This document shows positions 1 through 10,177 of a stretch of DNA of 64,000 nucleotides, one piece after another; position 1 is the first letter of the stretch; every line of letters starts with the position of its first letter. The stretch is from a virus. Its lineage: Duplodnaviria > Heunggongvirae > Uroviricota > Caudoviricetes. A program made the position numbers and the translations under genes. Location of the stretch: positions 1-64,000 of IMG/VR virus record IMGVR_UViG_2563366977_000001; one strand, given 5' to 3'. The notes below the pieces were generated by a model, which ran no database searches, was not told the DNA's origin, and was given only the letters and a program-made list of their open reading frames with translations.

Positions 1-1854
1 CTGAAGTTTCGTTGCGGTTGCAGCATTGCCGGTAGTGCTCTGATTACCTGTTTTATTCACGCCTGGCAGGTCGATATTGGCGCTGCCATCAAATGATACT
101 CCGCCGATCGTTCGAGCTGTCTTGAGCTTTGTGGCAGTATCTGCGTTTCCCGTCAAATTACCAGTAATACCACCGCCAACTTTTACGCCGTTACCGATGG
201 ACACCAACCCAGTTCTTAAGTTTATAGAAAATGGTCTTAATGGCCCGATGTCACCATTTTCACCCTCCCCTTCATTTGTCGGAATAAGATGAAGATATTC
301 CTCGGATCTCCTGAAGATAAGGCCAAAGGCCTGGTTAAATATTCGAAGGGCATTTATTGTGCCAATTTTTAGCTGCCCCCCCATTGTGTCGCCAGAACGC
401 TGAACTGCGTTACCTGCTTGAGAAGCAATATCCGTTAAGCCAAGATCTTCAGGGGTCAGAGTAATATCTGCCGACCCATCAAATGCCACACCGTTAATCT
501 TTCTGGCTGTTTTTAATTTCGTCGCAGTATCGGCGTTCCCGGTCAGCGTACCAGTGATCCCCGCGCTGAAAGTCTGGCGTGCACTCCAGGTATTAGCTGT
601 GCTCAACAGGGGGATCTTTTCTCCGCTGGTTCCGAGTTCTCTTAAACCAAGGTATTGGATAACAGCCAGAGTGCTTGTTTTAGCCAGAATATCGCGACCG
701 ACTGACGTTAAATCAGTCTGGGCTACAGTGTCTGTTCCGGTAAAGTACGGTAATTTATTTGCACCCGTCGCCAGGCCAGCGAGCGCGGTTAAGGTTGCGT
801 CGAGAGGCTGCTTACCTGCAAGGGCATTTGTCATTGTAGTCGCAAAGTTCGGGTCATTGCCCAGCGCCGCAGCAAGCTCATTAAGAGTATCAAGAGCTTC
901 TGGTGATGAGCCGACCAATGCAGAAATAGCGGCACGAACATAAGCGGTTGTTGCAATCTGAGTGTTGTTCGTACCTTGTGACGCTGTAGGCGCTGTTGGC
1001 ACCCCTGTAAATGCCGGGCTTAATAACGGTGCTTTAAGAGCTAAAGCAGCATTAATCGTCTGGCTAAACTGAGGATCATTGTTAATTGCATCTGCAATTT
1101 TTTTCAGCGTATCCAACGCAGAAGGAGAACCATCAATAAGGGCGGTTATTGCGGCCTGAACAAAGGCAGTGTTTGCGATTTGTGTACTGTTTGTACCTTG
1201 TTCCGGAGTTGGAGATTTAGGTATACCAATAAACTCCGGGCTATCAACCGGAGCTTTTAGTTTGTTTAACGTGCTGATAGCAAGAGGCGTTGCGGCTTTA
1301 TATTCTTCGTCACTATCCAAAGCACTGGAGAACTCAACACCAACAGCACGATTAGCGCGATATTTAGTGCTAATCATATCTGCGGTAACGGCTTGAGCAT
1401 TGTCAGGCACGATCACGCGGCATAGCTCAATCTGGTTAGATGCTATTTCCTCATCAACGAGAGCAATAATTCTCGCTGCGCTAATATCCGATGAACTATC
1501 TACCTGGCTGGTTTTCACTCCATGTTCGTAATTAGCTTCAAGAACGATGATTGTCGTTACACCAGCTTCTACAGGAACAAGAACATCACTGACTTGCTGC
1601 ACGGATATCTGACATTTACCCACATCAATTGAAGCCGCCCCTCTTCCCTCTGTTTTCTCGGATGTAATCCGCACAAACAGGCCATCCCCTGGCATCGGTT
1701 CAAACCCACAGTACACACCGGGGAGAACGATATTTTTCATCTTCCTGTTTAGAGCTTCGGTGCTATACAGCTCAAAGTATTGCATGTCTGCAATTAGTGG
1801 CGCGGAAATGTCCGAAGATAAGGTGACAATGTTCTTTACTTTATCTGCGCACAT
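1..1854 (-). CDS. tail fibre protein, N-terminal part; gene continues beyond the window start
   Basis: Minus-strand frame open from an ATG near 1854 to the window edge. Translation carries repeated tail-fibre-type motifs (e.g. GNADTATKLKTAR..G..FDGSADI, GTNNTQIATTAYV). Plus-strand track ORFs here are antisense. Confidence 0.55.
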   Translation of the reverse strand, partial: MCADKVKNIVTLSSDISAPLIADMQYFELYSTEALNRKMKNIVLPGVYCGFEPMPGDGLFVRITSEKTEGRGAASIDVGKCQISVQQVSDVLVPVEAGVTTIIVLEANYEHGVKTSQVDSSSDISAARIIALVDEEIASNQIELCRVIVPDNAQAVTADMISTKYRANRAVGVEFSSALDSDEEYKAATPLAISTLNKLKAPVDSPEFIGIPKSPTPEQGTNSTQIANTAFVQAAITALIDGSPSALDTLKKIADAINNDPQFSQTINAALALKAPLLSPAFTGVPTAPTASQGTNNTQIATTAYVRAAISALVGSSPEALDTLNELAAALGNDPNFATTMTNALAGKQPLDATLTALAGLATGANKLPYFTGTDTVAQTDLTSVGRDILAKTSTLAVIQYLGLRELGTSGEKIPLLSTANTWSARQTFSAGITGTLTGNADTATKLKTARKINGVAFDGSADITLTPEDLGLTDIASQAGNAVQRSGDTMGGQLKIGTINALRIFNQAFGLIFRRSEEYLHLIPTNEGEGENGDIGPLRPFSINLRTGLVSIGNGVKVGGGITGNLTGNADTATKLKTARTIGGVSFDGSANIDLPGVNKTGNQSTTGNAATATKLQ

Positions 1855-1856
1855 AA

Positions 1857-2303
1857 TTATCCCTCGACCTGTTCAATGGTCATGAGCAAGCTGTATCGCT
1901 TACCTTTGAATAAGGTGTCCTGTTGAGTACAAACAACCCCAAAAGCCTGATCCTCTGCATCTACGAGAACCAGCGTATTGAAATCGTAAGGTGTATCGTC
2001 CGGCATCGTTTCTTGTGGAAAAGCGGCATTAATCGTAATGACACCATCGAGGCTGGAAAGAATGAGATTGGATTCAGCAAAATGCTGTGCATCACTTAAC
2101 TTGAAGTCGAGCGGAATATCAGAAATAGTCCAGCCACCAGCACTATTTACCGTCACAAGCTCGGACTTGCACCAATAAGCCTTTGTCATAACAAAACGCT
2201 CACCTCTGCCGATTGCAGACTCTGCACGGCGAGAGTAGTAGTAAGAAAGGAGTTGCGCCTTGTAAATACTTGAATCGCTTTGAGATTTTAAAGTTTCAGC
2301 CAT
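1857..2303 (-). CDS. tail-fibre-associated structural protein (position of P1 R)
   Basis: Track ORF, 148 aa, immediately upstream of and co-oriented with the tail fibre gene. Assignment by synteny only. Confidence 0.3.
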   Translation of the reverse strand: MAETLKSQSDSSIYKAQLLSYYYSRRAESAIGRGERFVMTKAYWCKSELVTVNSAGGWTISDIPLDFKLSDAQHFAESNLILSSLDGVITINAAFPQETMPDDTPYDFNTLVLVDAEDQAFGVVCTQQDTLFKGKRYSLLMTIEQVEG

Positions 2304-2419
2304 AAGAACATAGCCCCTTTAACAAGCAATAAATCGAAGGGCAGTATGTTCAGTTTGTGATTTCTGGTGGTCTTTTGTTTTGAGAAATGGCCCCACCCAG
2401 GTTGGCGGGGCCTGGTTTG

Positions 2420-3262
2420 CTAAGGTGCAAAATTATAATCCAGCGCCCAGGCGTCGAGCGGGAGTTCATCGAGATGAAGCACTCTTTCCGTCGTCCGGCC
2501 TGGCCTTCCTGCGAACTGGATGCCGTCTAATTGAATGATCGTATCGCTAATAGATAGTTCATCGACCATCTCTTGCGTCGTGTACACCCCCTCAATAAAG
2601 GACACTTCCGCAGATAAGCAATTCAGGATCTCCGCCATTTCCGGCAATGTTGCGCTCAACTGGAAAGAAACACCATCAAACACGATATGCAATGGCAATA
2701 GCGGCGCTATAACCGTATCAAAATCAGCAAGTAGCTTCTGTACAGCAACGTCTCTGTCATCGCTATCATAAGCTCGATACAGCTTATTTTGGTTGACGAC
2801 AACCAGCCCTCTGGATGTCAGGAAAAACTCACCATATTGTGCCTGAGCGGTCGGTATTTCATTTGCGGTCGCGAAGAATGAACCATAGGGATGTTTTTCT
2901 GTATCGACAGGCGCATACAAAGGTTCCCATGAGACGGGGATTGTGCCAAATTCACGCCAGAACGTTTGCTCTATCGGCCTTACTGTTCCTTTGAAGTGCA
3001 CCTCATCCAGTCGTTGAGCTAATAGCATTGGCCTGCGTGTTTTGTCCGTTTCTGTGATAACAAAGAAACGACCATATTCAGCAATGCGAGTGTCCATATC
3101 CTCGCTTGCCATTGTGAAAAACGATTTACGGTTGCTTATTCGCGTGAGAATAGGTTCAACCGATTCATTCCACACGTCCTGAATCGTATCAACAAAGGCG
3201 GCCCACAATTTAGAATCCTGTTTAAATTGCGTCAGACGCTCTTTTAGCCAGTTATTCTGCAT
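2420..3262 (-). CDS. baseplate/tail protein (position of P2 gpI)
   Basis: Track ORF, 280 aa, within a W-J-I-fibre-like gene order. Confidence 0.35.
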   Translation of the reverse strand: MQNNWLKERLTQFKQDSKLWAAFVDTIQDVWNESVEPILTRISNRKSFFTMASEDMDTRIAEYGRFFVITETDKTRRPMLLAQRLDEVHFKGTVRPIEQTFWREFGTIPVSWEPLYAPVDTEKHPYGSFFATANEIPTAQAQYGEFFLTSRGLVVVNQNKLYRAYDSDDRDVAVQKLLADFDTVIAPLLPLHIVFDGVSFQLSATLPEMAEILNCLSAEVSFIEGVYTTQEMVDELSISDTIIQLDGIQFAGRPGRTTERVLHLDELPLDAWALDYNFAP

Positions 3263-3271
3263 TGTGACCTC

Positions 3272-4702
3272 TTACGGATAAGTTATGCTGAACGTTGATG
3301 ATTTCACGTCCAGAAAAACAAAATCATTAAAGTACACAGCTTCTTTCATGTTCTGCGTAGCCACGTCATAAGACAGGAACATATCCAGCGATTCGATTAC
3401 TCGCCAGATATCTTTCACTTTGACCTGTGCATAACATTGCTGTGAGTCGTCATCACTCTGCAATAGCTGGCTAAATGACATGGAGTCTTTACCGAAGTTC
3501 TCCTCCAGTGCCGCTTTAATTGCAGTTAGCGCGTCATCCACCAGCACACTCTTTTTTACGATACCGGTAAATTTGATGTTGAACGGCTGTTCATTGGTGG
3601 CGACGTATTCAAACTTCTTATTCAGCTCATTAGGGATACTCTCAAGGGCTGATAATATCTCTGTTTTCAGAGCTTCCTGTGTTACGCCGGGCTTATGCCC
3701 ACAAAAGAAAATTTTGTTGATATTACGCACATCAAAGCCCGTTATTTTCTCCTGTAGCGCCTCCCCCCACACGTTAAGCCATGACGTGCCACTGACCACG
3801 TTCTGAATGAACTGGCGGTAATCACCGCCCCAAACAACCTGCTCATCGTAGGCCACATAATACTGCGCCCTGTTTCGGGTTTCCTCGGTAGTTTCCATGC
3901 CACCACCGCCAGAAATGATCGAATCGGTTTTTACTTCCAGTGATTCGACATACCCGGAGATGTTCCCTGCTGGTTCAAGTTTCTGGCCTTCAGCCAGCGT
4001 GTAATCACCGAGGCTTGCCATAATATCAATGCGTACCTGACTCCCTGCCGCTGGCATCATCCCCATTGATCCATCACCGAAGCGCACGCCGATCTGTTCT
4101 GTCGGCTTATAAACCAACACATAATGTTTACTGTTATCCCTGGACATGCGGAACAGGGGGTTATGTGTCCATTTTTCCTCGACACCATTAGTTATCACGA
4201 CAACTTCCAGGCTGGCGACTTCTGCTGTTAACTCACGGGATAGTAACAGCGTCAGGAATGGTGTTTCTTGCACCACGTCGAACGTTACGCTGACTGCTTC
4301 ATGCTGTTTTACTTCTATGCCGGATACTTTTTTACCAGCAGGGATAACAACACTACTGCTGGTTGCAATTGGTGTCTGGTCACTTGTCAGTAATTCAGCC
4401 CCGCCGGGTAGCGTAATATCCCTGTCGGTTTTGTTGGTGATGGAAACAGTGCCGTATGACGCATCGACCAAACGACCGACATAGCCACGGTCTTCCGCTG
4501 CCGCGAGAATACTTGCTCTACGCGTCGCGGTGGAAATGAATCCTTCTGTAAGTGCACGGCTTGCAAATGTACGCGCAATATAAACAATCTGCGCGCCCAA
4601 AACGGACTGCATTTGAATAAACTGGCTGTTTACAAATCGCGCCCACCAGGGGTTTTCGTTCAGCTTGGCATTAAACTTGTCCAGTAATTCGGTAATACTC
4701 AC
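3272..4702 (-). CDS. baseplate J-like protein
   Basis: Track ORF, 476 aa; size and position between the gp25-like gene and the gpI-like gene; overlaps its upstream neighbour by 4 nt. Confidence 0.45.
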   Translation of the reverse strand: MSITELLDKFNAKLNENPWWARFVNSQFIQMQSVLGAQIVYIARTFASRALTEGFISTATRRASILAAAEDRGYVGRLVDASYGTVSITNKTDRDITLPGGAELLTSDQTPIATSSSVVIPAGKKVSGIEVKQHEAVSVTFDVVQETPFLTLLLSRELTAEVASLEVVVITNGVEEKWTHNPLFRMSRDNSKHYVLVYKPTEQIGVRFGDGSMGMMPAAGSQVRIDIMASLGDYTLAEGQKLEPAGNISGYVESLEVKTDSIISGGGGMETTEETRNRAQYYVAYDEQVVWGGDYRQFIQNVVSGTSWLNVWGEALQEKITGFDVRNINKIFFCGHKPGVTQEALKTEILSALESIPNELNKKFEYVATNEQPFNIKFTGIVKKSVLVDDALTAIKAALEENFGKDSMSFSQLLQSDDDSQQCYAQVKVKDIWRVIESLDMFLSYDVATQNMKEAVYFNDFVFLDVKSSTFSITYP

Positions 4703-5073
4703 GCTGTATCTCCGCTATCTTTCTGCATAACAACATTCACAGTGCCTCCTTTTGCCTGGAAGCTAATTAGTAACTGGTCTTCCGAGACAGCCGAGCAGCG
4801 GATCGCCTGGAGTCCAAGTCCTGGCAAGTCCTGCTGTAGCTTTGTCATCATTCGCGCTTCAATTGCCACTTCAACAATGTGTGACGTATCAGAACCGAAG
4901 GGTTCGTGTTTGAACTCCTCCATCGGATTCCCCCATGACGGCAATCCGTAAACGCTGCCATTTGGTGTCCGTAGCCATTCATCGAGTCGGGCTATCCAGG
5001 CGTTTGTGTCGCCTTCAGCGATCACCACCCCGCTCTCGTTTGTCTGAAGGCGGGCATCAATCTCATAAAGCAT
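4699..5073 (-). CDS. baseplate wedge protein, GPW/gp25-like
   Basis: Track ORF, 124 aa; small protein immediately downstream of the tape-measure-like gene, typical gp25/W size and position. Confidence 0.4.
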   Translation of the reverse strand: MLYEIDARLQTNESGVVIAEGDTNAWIARLDEWLRTPNGSVYGLPSWGNPMEEFKHEPFGSDTSHIVEVAIEARMMTKLQQDLPGLGLQAIRCSAVSEDQLLISFQAKGGTVNVVMQKDSGDTA

Positions 5074-5078
5074 CGGTC

Positions 5079-8000
5079 TTAATCCTCCAGTAATTTGTCA
5101 AGAGATGGGTCATTGATAGTCGTGCTGGCACGCTGACGAGGTTGTGGTTGTGATGTGTTCACAACTTTGTCCTGATCGCCTTTGCGGTTGTCTTTGCTTA
5201 CGCCAAGAATCTCTTTAAGAACGGAATAAACGTTCTCCAGTGCTTTCAACATAGCCGGATCGTTATTTGCGGTATCTGTTGTTAGCATCTGCCTTATTCC
5301 GCTTCGTGCGAGGTCCGTGACGGTTGGTAGCTGAGGAGGCATTGCAAGGAACGGTTCTTTAGCAGCCACGCCCGAAGCAAACAGGCTTTGATTGATTGCG
5401 CCAGTCGTGTCCCTGATCGTATCCGCCGTTTTCTGTATGCCACCATTCAGCCAACCGCCAACACTCCTTGTTAACGGACTAATAGCGCGAGCAACATCGG
5501 TATTCTGTCCAGAGGACTGCAATACAAAGTCATTTAACATTCCGGTGCTATCAATACCGCCCACAAGTCGCGAGAGGTTATCTCCAACGGCGGGGAGGAC
5601 GGCGGAGCCTACCTGGTTAAGCCCTGACACAGTTGAATCAAATAGCGAGCCAAAGAAGCCCCTGTCCTCACCTTCAACCACCTTGTAGCCGTTGTCGTAA
5701 ATCTGCACACCCGCCGGTGTCGATGTGGCACGCTTCTCGCTGATGGTTGCCGGACTCTCCGGAAGCAGGTCAATGGTTTCTGTATCGCGGTTAACTTTGC
5801 GCTTTTGCTGTATAGCCGTAGTGATATCGGCGATCTGTTCCGCCTTCTGGAAACTAAAGTTTTTGCCCGTTGCTCTGGATGTTTTTTCAACAAGGAACTT
5901 ATCCAATTGCTTGGCTTTTGCTGCTAACGAGGACATCTCTTCCGGAGAACTGACAGGGCCGAGATTTAGCCCCATATTCGGATCTCCCCCAACTATCCCG
6001 GCGATGACGCCCCCAACACCGGCTGCACTCATTAACCGCTCCGTCAATCCGGCTGCGGCGGAAGAATTGCCACTAGCTTTCGCGTGGCTGATCGCTTGGG
6101 CATTTTCCTGTTGAGCTGCCTTCGGTTTTTTAGCTGCCTGTGCGTGTTGAACCACGTCAGTAGGGCTAGGCATTACAGCCTGGGCTACGCTTGACGCAGG
6201 AATAGCAGAAGATGAGCCGTTGGCGTATTTGACTTTGCTACCGACACTATATTGGGAGTTGCGAGCGATTAGAGGACCGCCCTTTTCCTTCTGGATTTTA
6301 TTAATGTGTTCCAGCGTTTCATCATTGAATTGCCCTTCCCAACGCCCAGTTTTAGCGTTGAATGAACCAAGAGCTGTTTTGATGAAATTGTTGTTAACCG
6401 CCGGGTTACCCCCCTCCTTCGTCGCAATAGCGCGAACAAGGTGCGTCATAACTTCAGGGTTGCTAACGTCTATTTTATCGTTGGGGGACACCCCTAGATA
6501 TTTGCTGACGTTTTCAATGTACTGATTGGTGTTGTTCTCTGTTGGTGGTGCCCATTTTGAAATGATGCTGGATACTGTTTGCAGCTTCTGATACCCGGCG
6601 GCAGCACTTGTACCGTTGTAATAACTCGATACCTGGTTTGCCAATGCCCGAATCCCTTCTTCGGGCGTATTAAACCGCGCAAAACGCTGTTCGCCTTTCG
6701 CGTTCGGCGCTTCCAGTACCGCCCCCTCCTGATTTGCAAAAACCAGGTTCCCCAGGTTGTTATTCCGGTAATTCCTGTTCTTGGCGTTGCTTCCGCCTAT
6801 ATTCAGATCAGCCGTTATTGTATTTTTTTCAGGCGCTTTAAATTCGTCTGGCGATTTGTAGCCGTGTTCACCCACGCCATCCTCACCTCTGCGCCCGCCC
6901 TGTAGCTGTCGGGCCAGATCATTAATTGCGGCTACCGTTTGCTTGGTGCCATCTTCAACGGCTTTCTTAACCTGCGCAGTGCCTTCGCTGCTTGATGAGA
7001 ACGATTCTTTTAGGCTGCTGAATGCGTTCTTCGACGCGTCGATAGAACTATTTATGCCGCGAGCGATATTGCTGGTATCAAGACTCTGAAGTTTTTGTCC
7101 GACACCTTCAAAGCCTAGCGCGGACATCCCCTCGCCAATGAGGTTAGCCGCTCCCGTCACCAGACCGCCCATATCCAGGACGTTAGCAGCGGCGTAGGCG
7201 CTCTTTTGCTGTGTTGTAACGTCCTGCCCTTCCTTCAGGTTATAAGTCGCCCTCTGCGCTTCTGTGTCGCTGTAGCCGTCTACGGCATCATAACCAACCA
7301 TAGCCACCTGGCCGATGACTGGAATCGCCCTGAATCCGGCCCTTGCGGCAACACCTCCGGCAGCTTTGAGAGCCACTTTTCCAGCTTCTTTTTTCGCGAT
7401 GTTTTCACCAGTGGCAACGGCAACCTTACCCGCCTCTTTCCTGGTAAGGCTTTCCCCAGCGGAAGTTGCCGCTTTACCAGCGTCTTTCCCTGCCGCTCCA
7501 CCAGCCGCCGTTTTGGCTACGCTTTCTTCAGTGACCTTACCTGCTCTGGTTTTAACTGAAGATTTATCACCCGATGATTTTGGTGAGGTACTACCCTCGT
7601 TCCCACCAGCTTTTTTTGTCCGATTTTTTTCCTCGCCCGCACTGTTGTTTTTGCCTGGCTGATTTTTTTTCCCCTCTTTGCCTTCCTGACTCCTGCCCGT
7701 CTCAGTAGGTTTGCTGGTGTTTTTTCCCTTCTTGCCCTTGTTTTCTTTACTGTCTCCAGTGCGGCCCGTGTTGCCACCACGTGCACTGCTACGACCGCGT
7801 GTAGGGGATATTTTGGTACGTAATCTGCCACCGCCGAGGAGGTCGCTCAGTTTTAGCCCACTCTCCTGCGACTTTCGTAGCTTCCGGATCTCTTCGGATA
7901 CAGTTTCCAGCTCATCAATTATCTGGCTGTCGTTGCGTTGAAGAACTTTCGTTTGTTCTTCGATCGCACGCACAGATTTTTCTTTAACGGCTTCAGTAAA

Positions 8001-8939
8001 TGCCTTTGCTGAACCGGGCGCGTTATCTGGAGTCTTCCTTTCATTGTCAGGTGCCGGGTAAGTAATGGCGGGGGCTTTTGCGACCACCGGTGCGCCAGCC
8101 GCCTTGTCGTTGCCATTATCTATCCATTCTTTCAGTGATTTAGCCTTACCAGTAATCTCGCGGCTGATATCAAATACGCCCCGTGCTGCCATCCATAGTG
8201 GACCACCAGCCCCTACCCCGGCAGCATCGGTTACAGCTCCATCGTCAGCTTTCCCTGAACCATCAACCCCCATAATGGAACCGAGTTTTCGCAGGAACCC
8301 AACCTGTAGTTTTGCCTGTGCGCGTAGCTCATTCTGGCGTGCGAGATCCTCGTTTTTTTTCCGAGAGGCAAATCGTCCGTTGCTATCCCGTAACGGTGCA
8401 CCAGCGATGCTCTGGTTTTCTCTAACTGGTTGTTCTTGCCTTGCAGGCTGAATGTCAGAAGTGAGCGACTGAATGCGCTCAGGTGATGACTTCGTGGCTT
8501 TGCCTTCAGCCAGCGGTGCTGTTTTTGATTCCGAATGAGCGGTGCGGTGATCTGCTGCTTTTTGCGGATTATCTATCTCGCTAGTGTTGTTTATACGTAA
8601 TCTCTGTTTCTTGGCAGGGAGCCGGTCTTTATACGGCCCCTGTGTGAAACTGTTGCGTTGCGCCCCTGCTTTCCCTGTTCGGGCCAGGCGACGACTTACG
8701 CGTCCTTGTGGTGCGTCGCTGGTATCAGGATTGTGTCCGTAAGACTCAAGTGCTTTTTTTATTTCTGAAAGCGCAGCTAGCTCTTTCGCGTTTGCCGTTT
8801 GTATTGCGTCGATTATCGCTATTCGGTCTTTTTTATCGTTCAAAATAACCTCACTTACATCGGCGGTGATCACCCTGTTTTTTTGGCGTGGGCTTTGTAT
8901 TTCTCTTCCAGTGCTTTTTCCATATGGAGTGCCCGCCAC
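5079..8939 (-). CDS. tail tape-measure / injection transglycosylase-like protein (P1 Sit-like)
   Basis: Track ORF, 1286 aa, with long low-complexity A/G/K-rich stretches and a conserved C-terminal globular region; position upstream of baseplate genes. All plus-strand track ORFs inside it are antisense artefacts. Confidence 0.5.
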   Translation of the reverse strand: MAGTPYGKSTGREIQSPRQKNRVITADVSEVILNDKKDRIAIIDAIQTANAKELAALSEIKKALESYGHNPDTSDAPQGRVSRRLARTGKAGAQRNSFTQGPYKDRLPAKKQRLRINNTSEIDNPQKAADHRTAHSESKTAPLAEGKATKSSPERIQSLTSDIQPARQEQPVRENQSIAGAPLRDSNGRFASRKKNEDLARQNELRAQAKLQVGFLRKLGSIMGVDGSGKADDGAVTDAAGVGAGGPLWMAARGVFDISREITGKAKSLKEWIDNGNDKAAGAPVVAKAPAITYPAPDNERKTPDNAPGSAKAFTEAVKEKSVRAIEEQTKVLQRNDSQIIDELETVSEEIRKLRKSQESGLKLSDLLGGGRLRTKISPTRGRSSARGGNTGRTGDSKENKGKKGKNTSKPTETGRSQEGKEGKKNQPGKNNSAGEEKNRTKKAGGNEGSTSPKSSGDKSSVKTRAGKVTEESVAKTAAGGAAGKDAGKAATSAGESLTRKEAGKVAVATGENIAKKEAGKVALKAAGGVAARAGFRAIPVIGQVAMVGYDAVDGYSDTEAQRATYNLKEGQDVTTQQKSAYAAANVLDMGGLVTGAANLIGEGMSALGFEGVGQKLQSLDTSNIARGINSSIDASKNAFSSLKESFSSSSEGTAQVKKAVEDGTKQTVAAINDLARQLQGGRRGEDGVGEHGYKSPDEFKAPEKNTITADLNIGGSNAKNRNYRNNNLGNLVFANQEGAVLEAPNAKGEQRFARFNTPEEGIRALANQVSSYYNGTSAAAGYQKLQTVSSIISKWAPPTENNTNQYIENVSKYLGVSPNDKIDVSNPEVMTHLVRAIATKEGGNPAVNNNFIKTALGSFNAKTGRWEGQFNDETLEHINKIQKEKGGPLIARNSQYSVGSKVKYANGSSSAIPASSVAQAVMPSPTDVVQHAQAAKKPKAAQQENAQAISHAKASGNSSAAAGLTERLMSAAGVGGVIAGIVGGDPNMGLNLGPVSSPEEMSSLAAKAKQLDKFLVEKTSRATGKNFSFQKAEQIADITTAIQQKRKVNRDTETIDLLPESPATISEKRATSTPAGVQIYDNGYKVVEGEDRGFFGSLFDSTVSGLNQVGSAVLPAVGDNLSRLVGGIDSTGMLNDFVLQSSGQNTDVARAISPLTRSVGGWLNGGIQKTADTIRDTTGAINQSLFASGVAAKEPFLAMPPQLPTVTDLARSGIRQMLTTDTANNDPAMLKALENVYSVLKEILGVSKDNRKGDQDKVVNTSQPQPRQRASTTINDPSLDKLLED

Positions 8940-8990
8940 TGCGGTAATTGTTCAACGTCACTAACTGGCTGGTAGCCGTATAACGTCAGG

Positions 8991-9941
8991 TTATTGATAA
9001 TGGTTAGCCATCCATTCAGATCTAATTGATGGGATAAACTCTCTATTGAGAAATGGGGCGTACAGCGTGGTAGTCACGTCTGCACCCTCCTTAGCGTTTT
9101 TGCAACGTTGTGGCGGTAGGATCAGGCGGCTTGTGCCTCGTTCAATAGCCATTTTTAAGCCGTGGCGAAGGTCTTTCTGCATGAGCTGAATGCGAGCTAC
9201 CAGAGGGGTAAACTCTGTTTCCAGTGCCATGTTTTCAATGATATCGAATCGTCTGTTTGCAGCTTGTGTGAAGTCTTCTGGATCGTCGTTCAGAGATGTA
9301 CACAAGGCCAACTCAGCTATGCGGAGACGAGCAACCTCAGCACTGTACTCTGGAGTTTTCATATCAGGCAGAGTGGCGCGCATACGCTCAAGCAATTCAG
9401 CACCTTTCCCTGTTAGTGGTTTAAGCGTCCACTCGGTTGGTACTCCGTTTATTGGGACCATAGTTTTAATAAACGGCGGGACAGTCAGGATTTCTACCGT
9501 TTCGGCAAGGTCGGAAAGGTTAATATCTGCGTGATGAACGCTTCCACAGTGACCACACTCGTATGAGTAAGTCATTACGGCATCAGGTCTGGAATTGACA
9601 AAGATCCACCAAAGTGCGGTTCTGCGATCCTGAACTGTCCAGTTTGAGCTGTCGTTAATTTCACCGTCTTGCATGGCATTGAGGTATTCTGTTGTGGTTG
9701 CCTCGTCTTCTGCCGGATTGATGTCTGAATATTTCAGGGCATCTTTCACAGTAGGTGCATGAAACTGAATTTCTATTTCAGGCTGTGAAGGCAATGGGAA
9801 TTTGGGAATGTTCAAGGATTCCTCCAGAAAAGTCGGTACTCGTTTGGCTGGAGGATAGGGAGTGTGTGATTTTGACTTTAACCTATTTATCCACAGGGTA
9901 GATCCAATAAATAGATCCCAAAGAGAACCAGTAAGATCCAA
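8991..9941 (-). CDS. hypothetical phage protein with a CxxC zinc-ribbon-like motif
   Basis: Track ORF, 316 aa, containing YECGHCGSV. Confidence 0.3.
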   Translation of the reverse strand: MDLTGSLWDLFIGSTLWINRLKSKSHTPYPPAKRVPTFLEESLNIPKFPLPSQPEIEIQFHAPTVKDALKYSDINPAEDEATTTEYLNAMQDGEINDSSNWTVQDRRTALWWIFVNSRPDAVMTYSYECGHCGSVHHADINLSDLAETVEILTVPPFIKTMVPINGVPTEWTLKPLTGKGAELLERMRATLPDMKTPEYSAEVARLRIAELALCTSLNDDPEDFTQAANRRFDIIENMALETEFTPLVARIQLMQKDLRHGLKMAIERGTSRLILPPQRCKNAKEGADVTTTLYAPFLNREFIPSIRSEWMANHYQ

Positions 9942-9997
9942 AGAAGATCCCGGATCGCTGCGAGCCGCGCCATCACTGGCCTAAATGGCGATCAACA

Positions 9998-10098
9998 TTG
10001 ACTATGTGCGATTTAATGTTGACTATGTGCGATTTAATGTTGACTGTACGCGATTTAATGTTGACTATATGCGATATAAACATTGACTGTATGCGATA
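9998..10098. repeat. five direct iterons (TTGACTrTryGCGAT) at about 21-bp spacing, incC-like origin region
   Basis: Seen directly: ttgactatgtgcgat x2, ttgactgtacgcgat, ttgactatatgcgat, ttgactgtatgcgat immediately upstream of repA. Confidence 0.8.
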
Positions 10099-10177
10099 AT
10101 TCTCTCAGCCGTCAGACGGCTGTGGATAAGTATCTTTCATTTGGCTATAAAGCCCCGTCAATCAAGGAAATAACAGG

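Noticed and set aside
77-1396. Plus-strand track ORFs 77..292, 554..943 and 1169..1396
   Set aside because: They lie antisense inside the long open minus-strand tail-fibre frame and have no features of real genes.
5392-8451. Numerous plus- and minus-strand track ORFs inside the 1286-aa Sit-like gene
   Set aside because: All overlap the long minus-strand ORF; they are low-complexity, Pro/Ala/Ser-rich translations typical of alternative frames of a Gly/Ala/Lys-rich gene.
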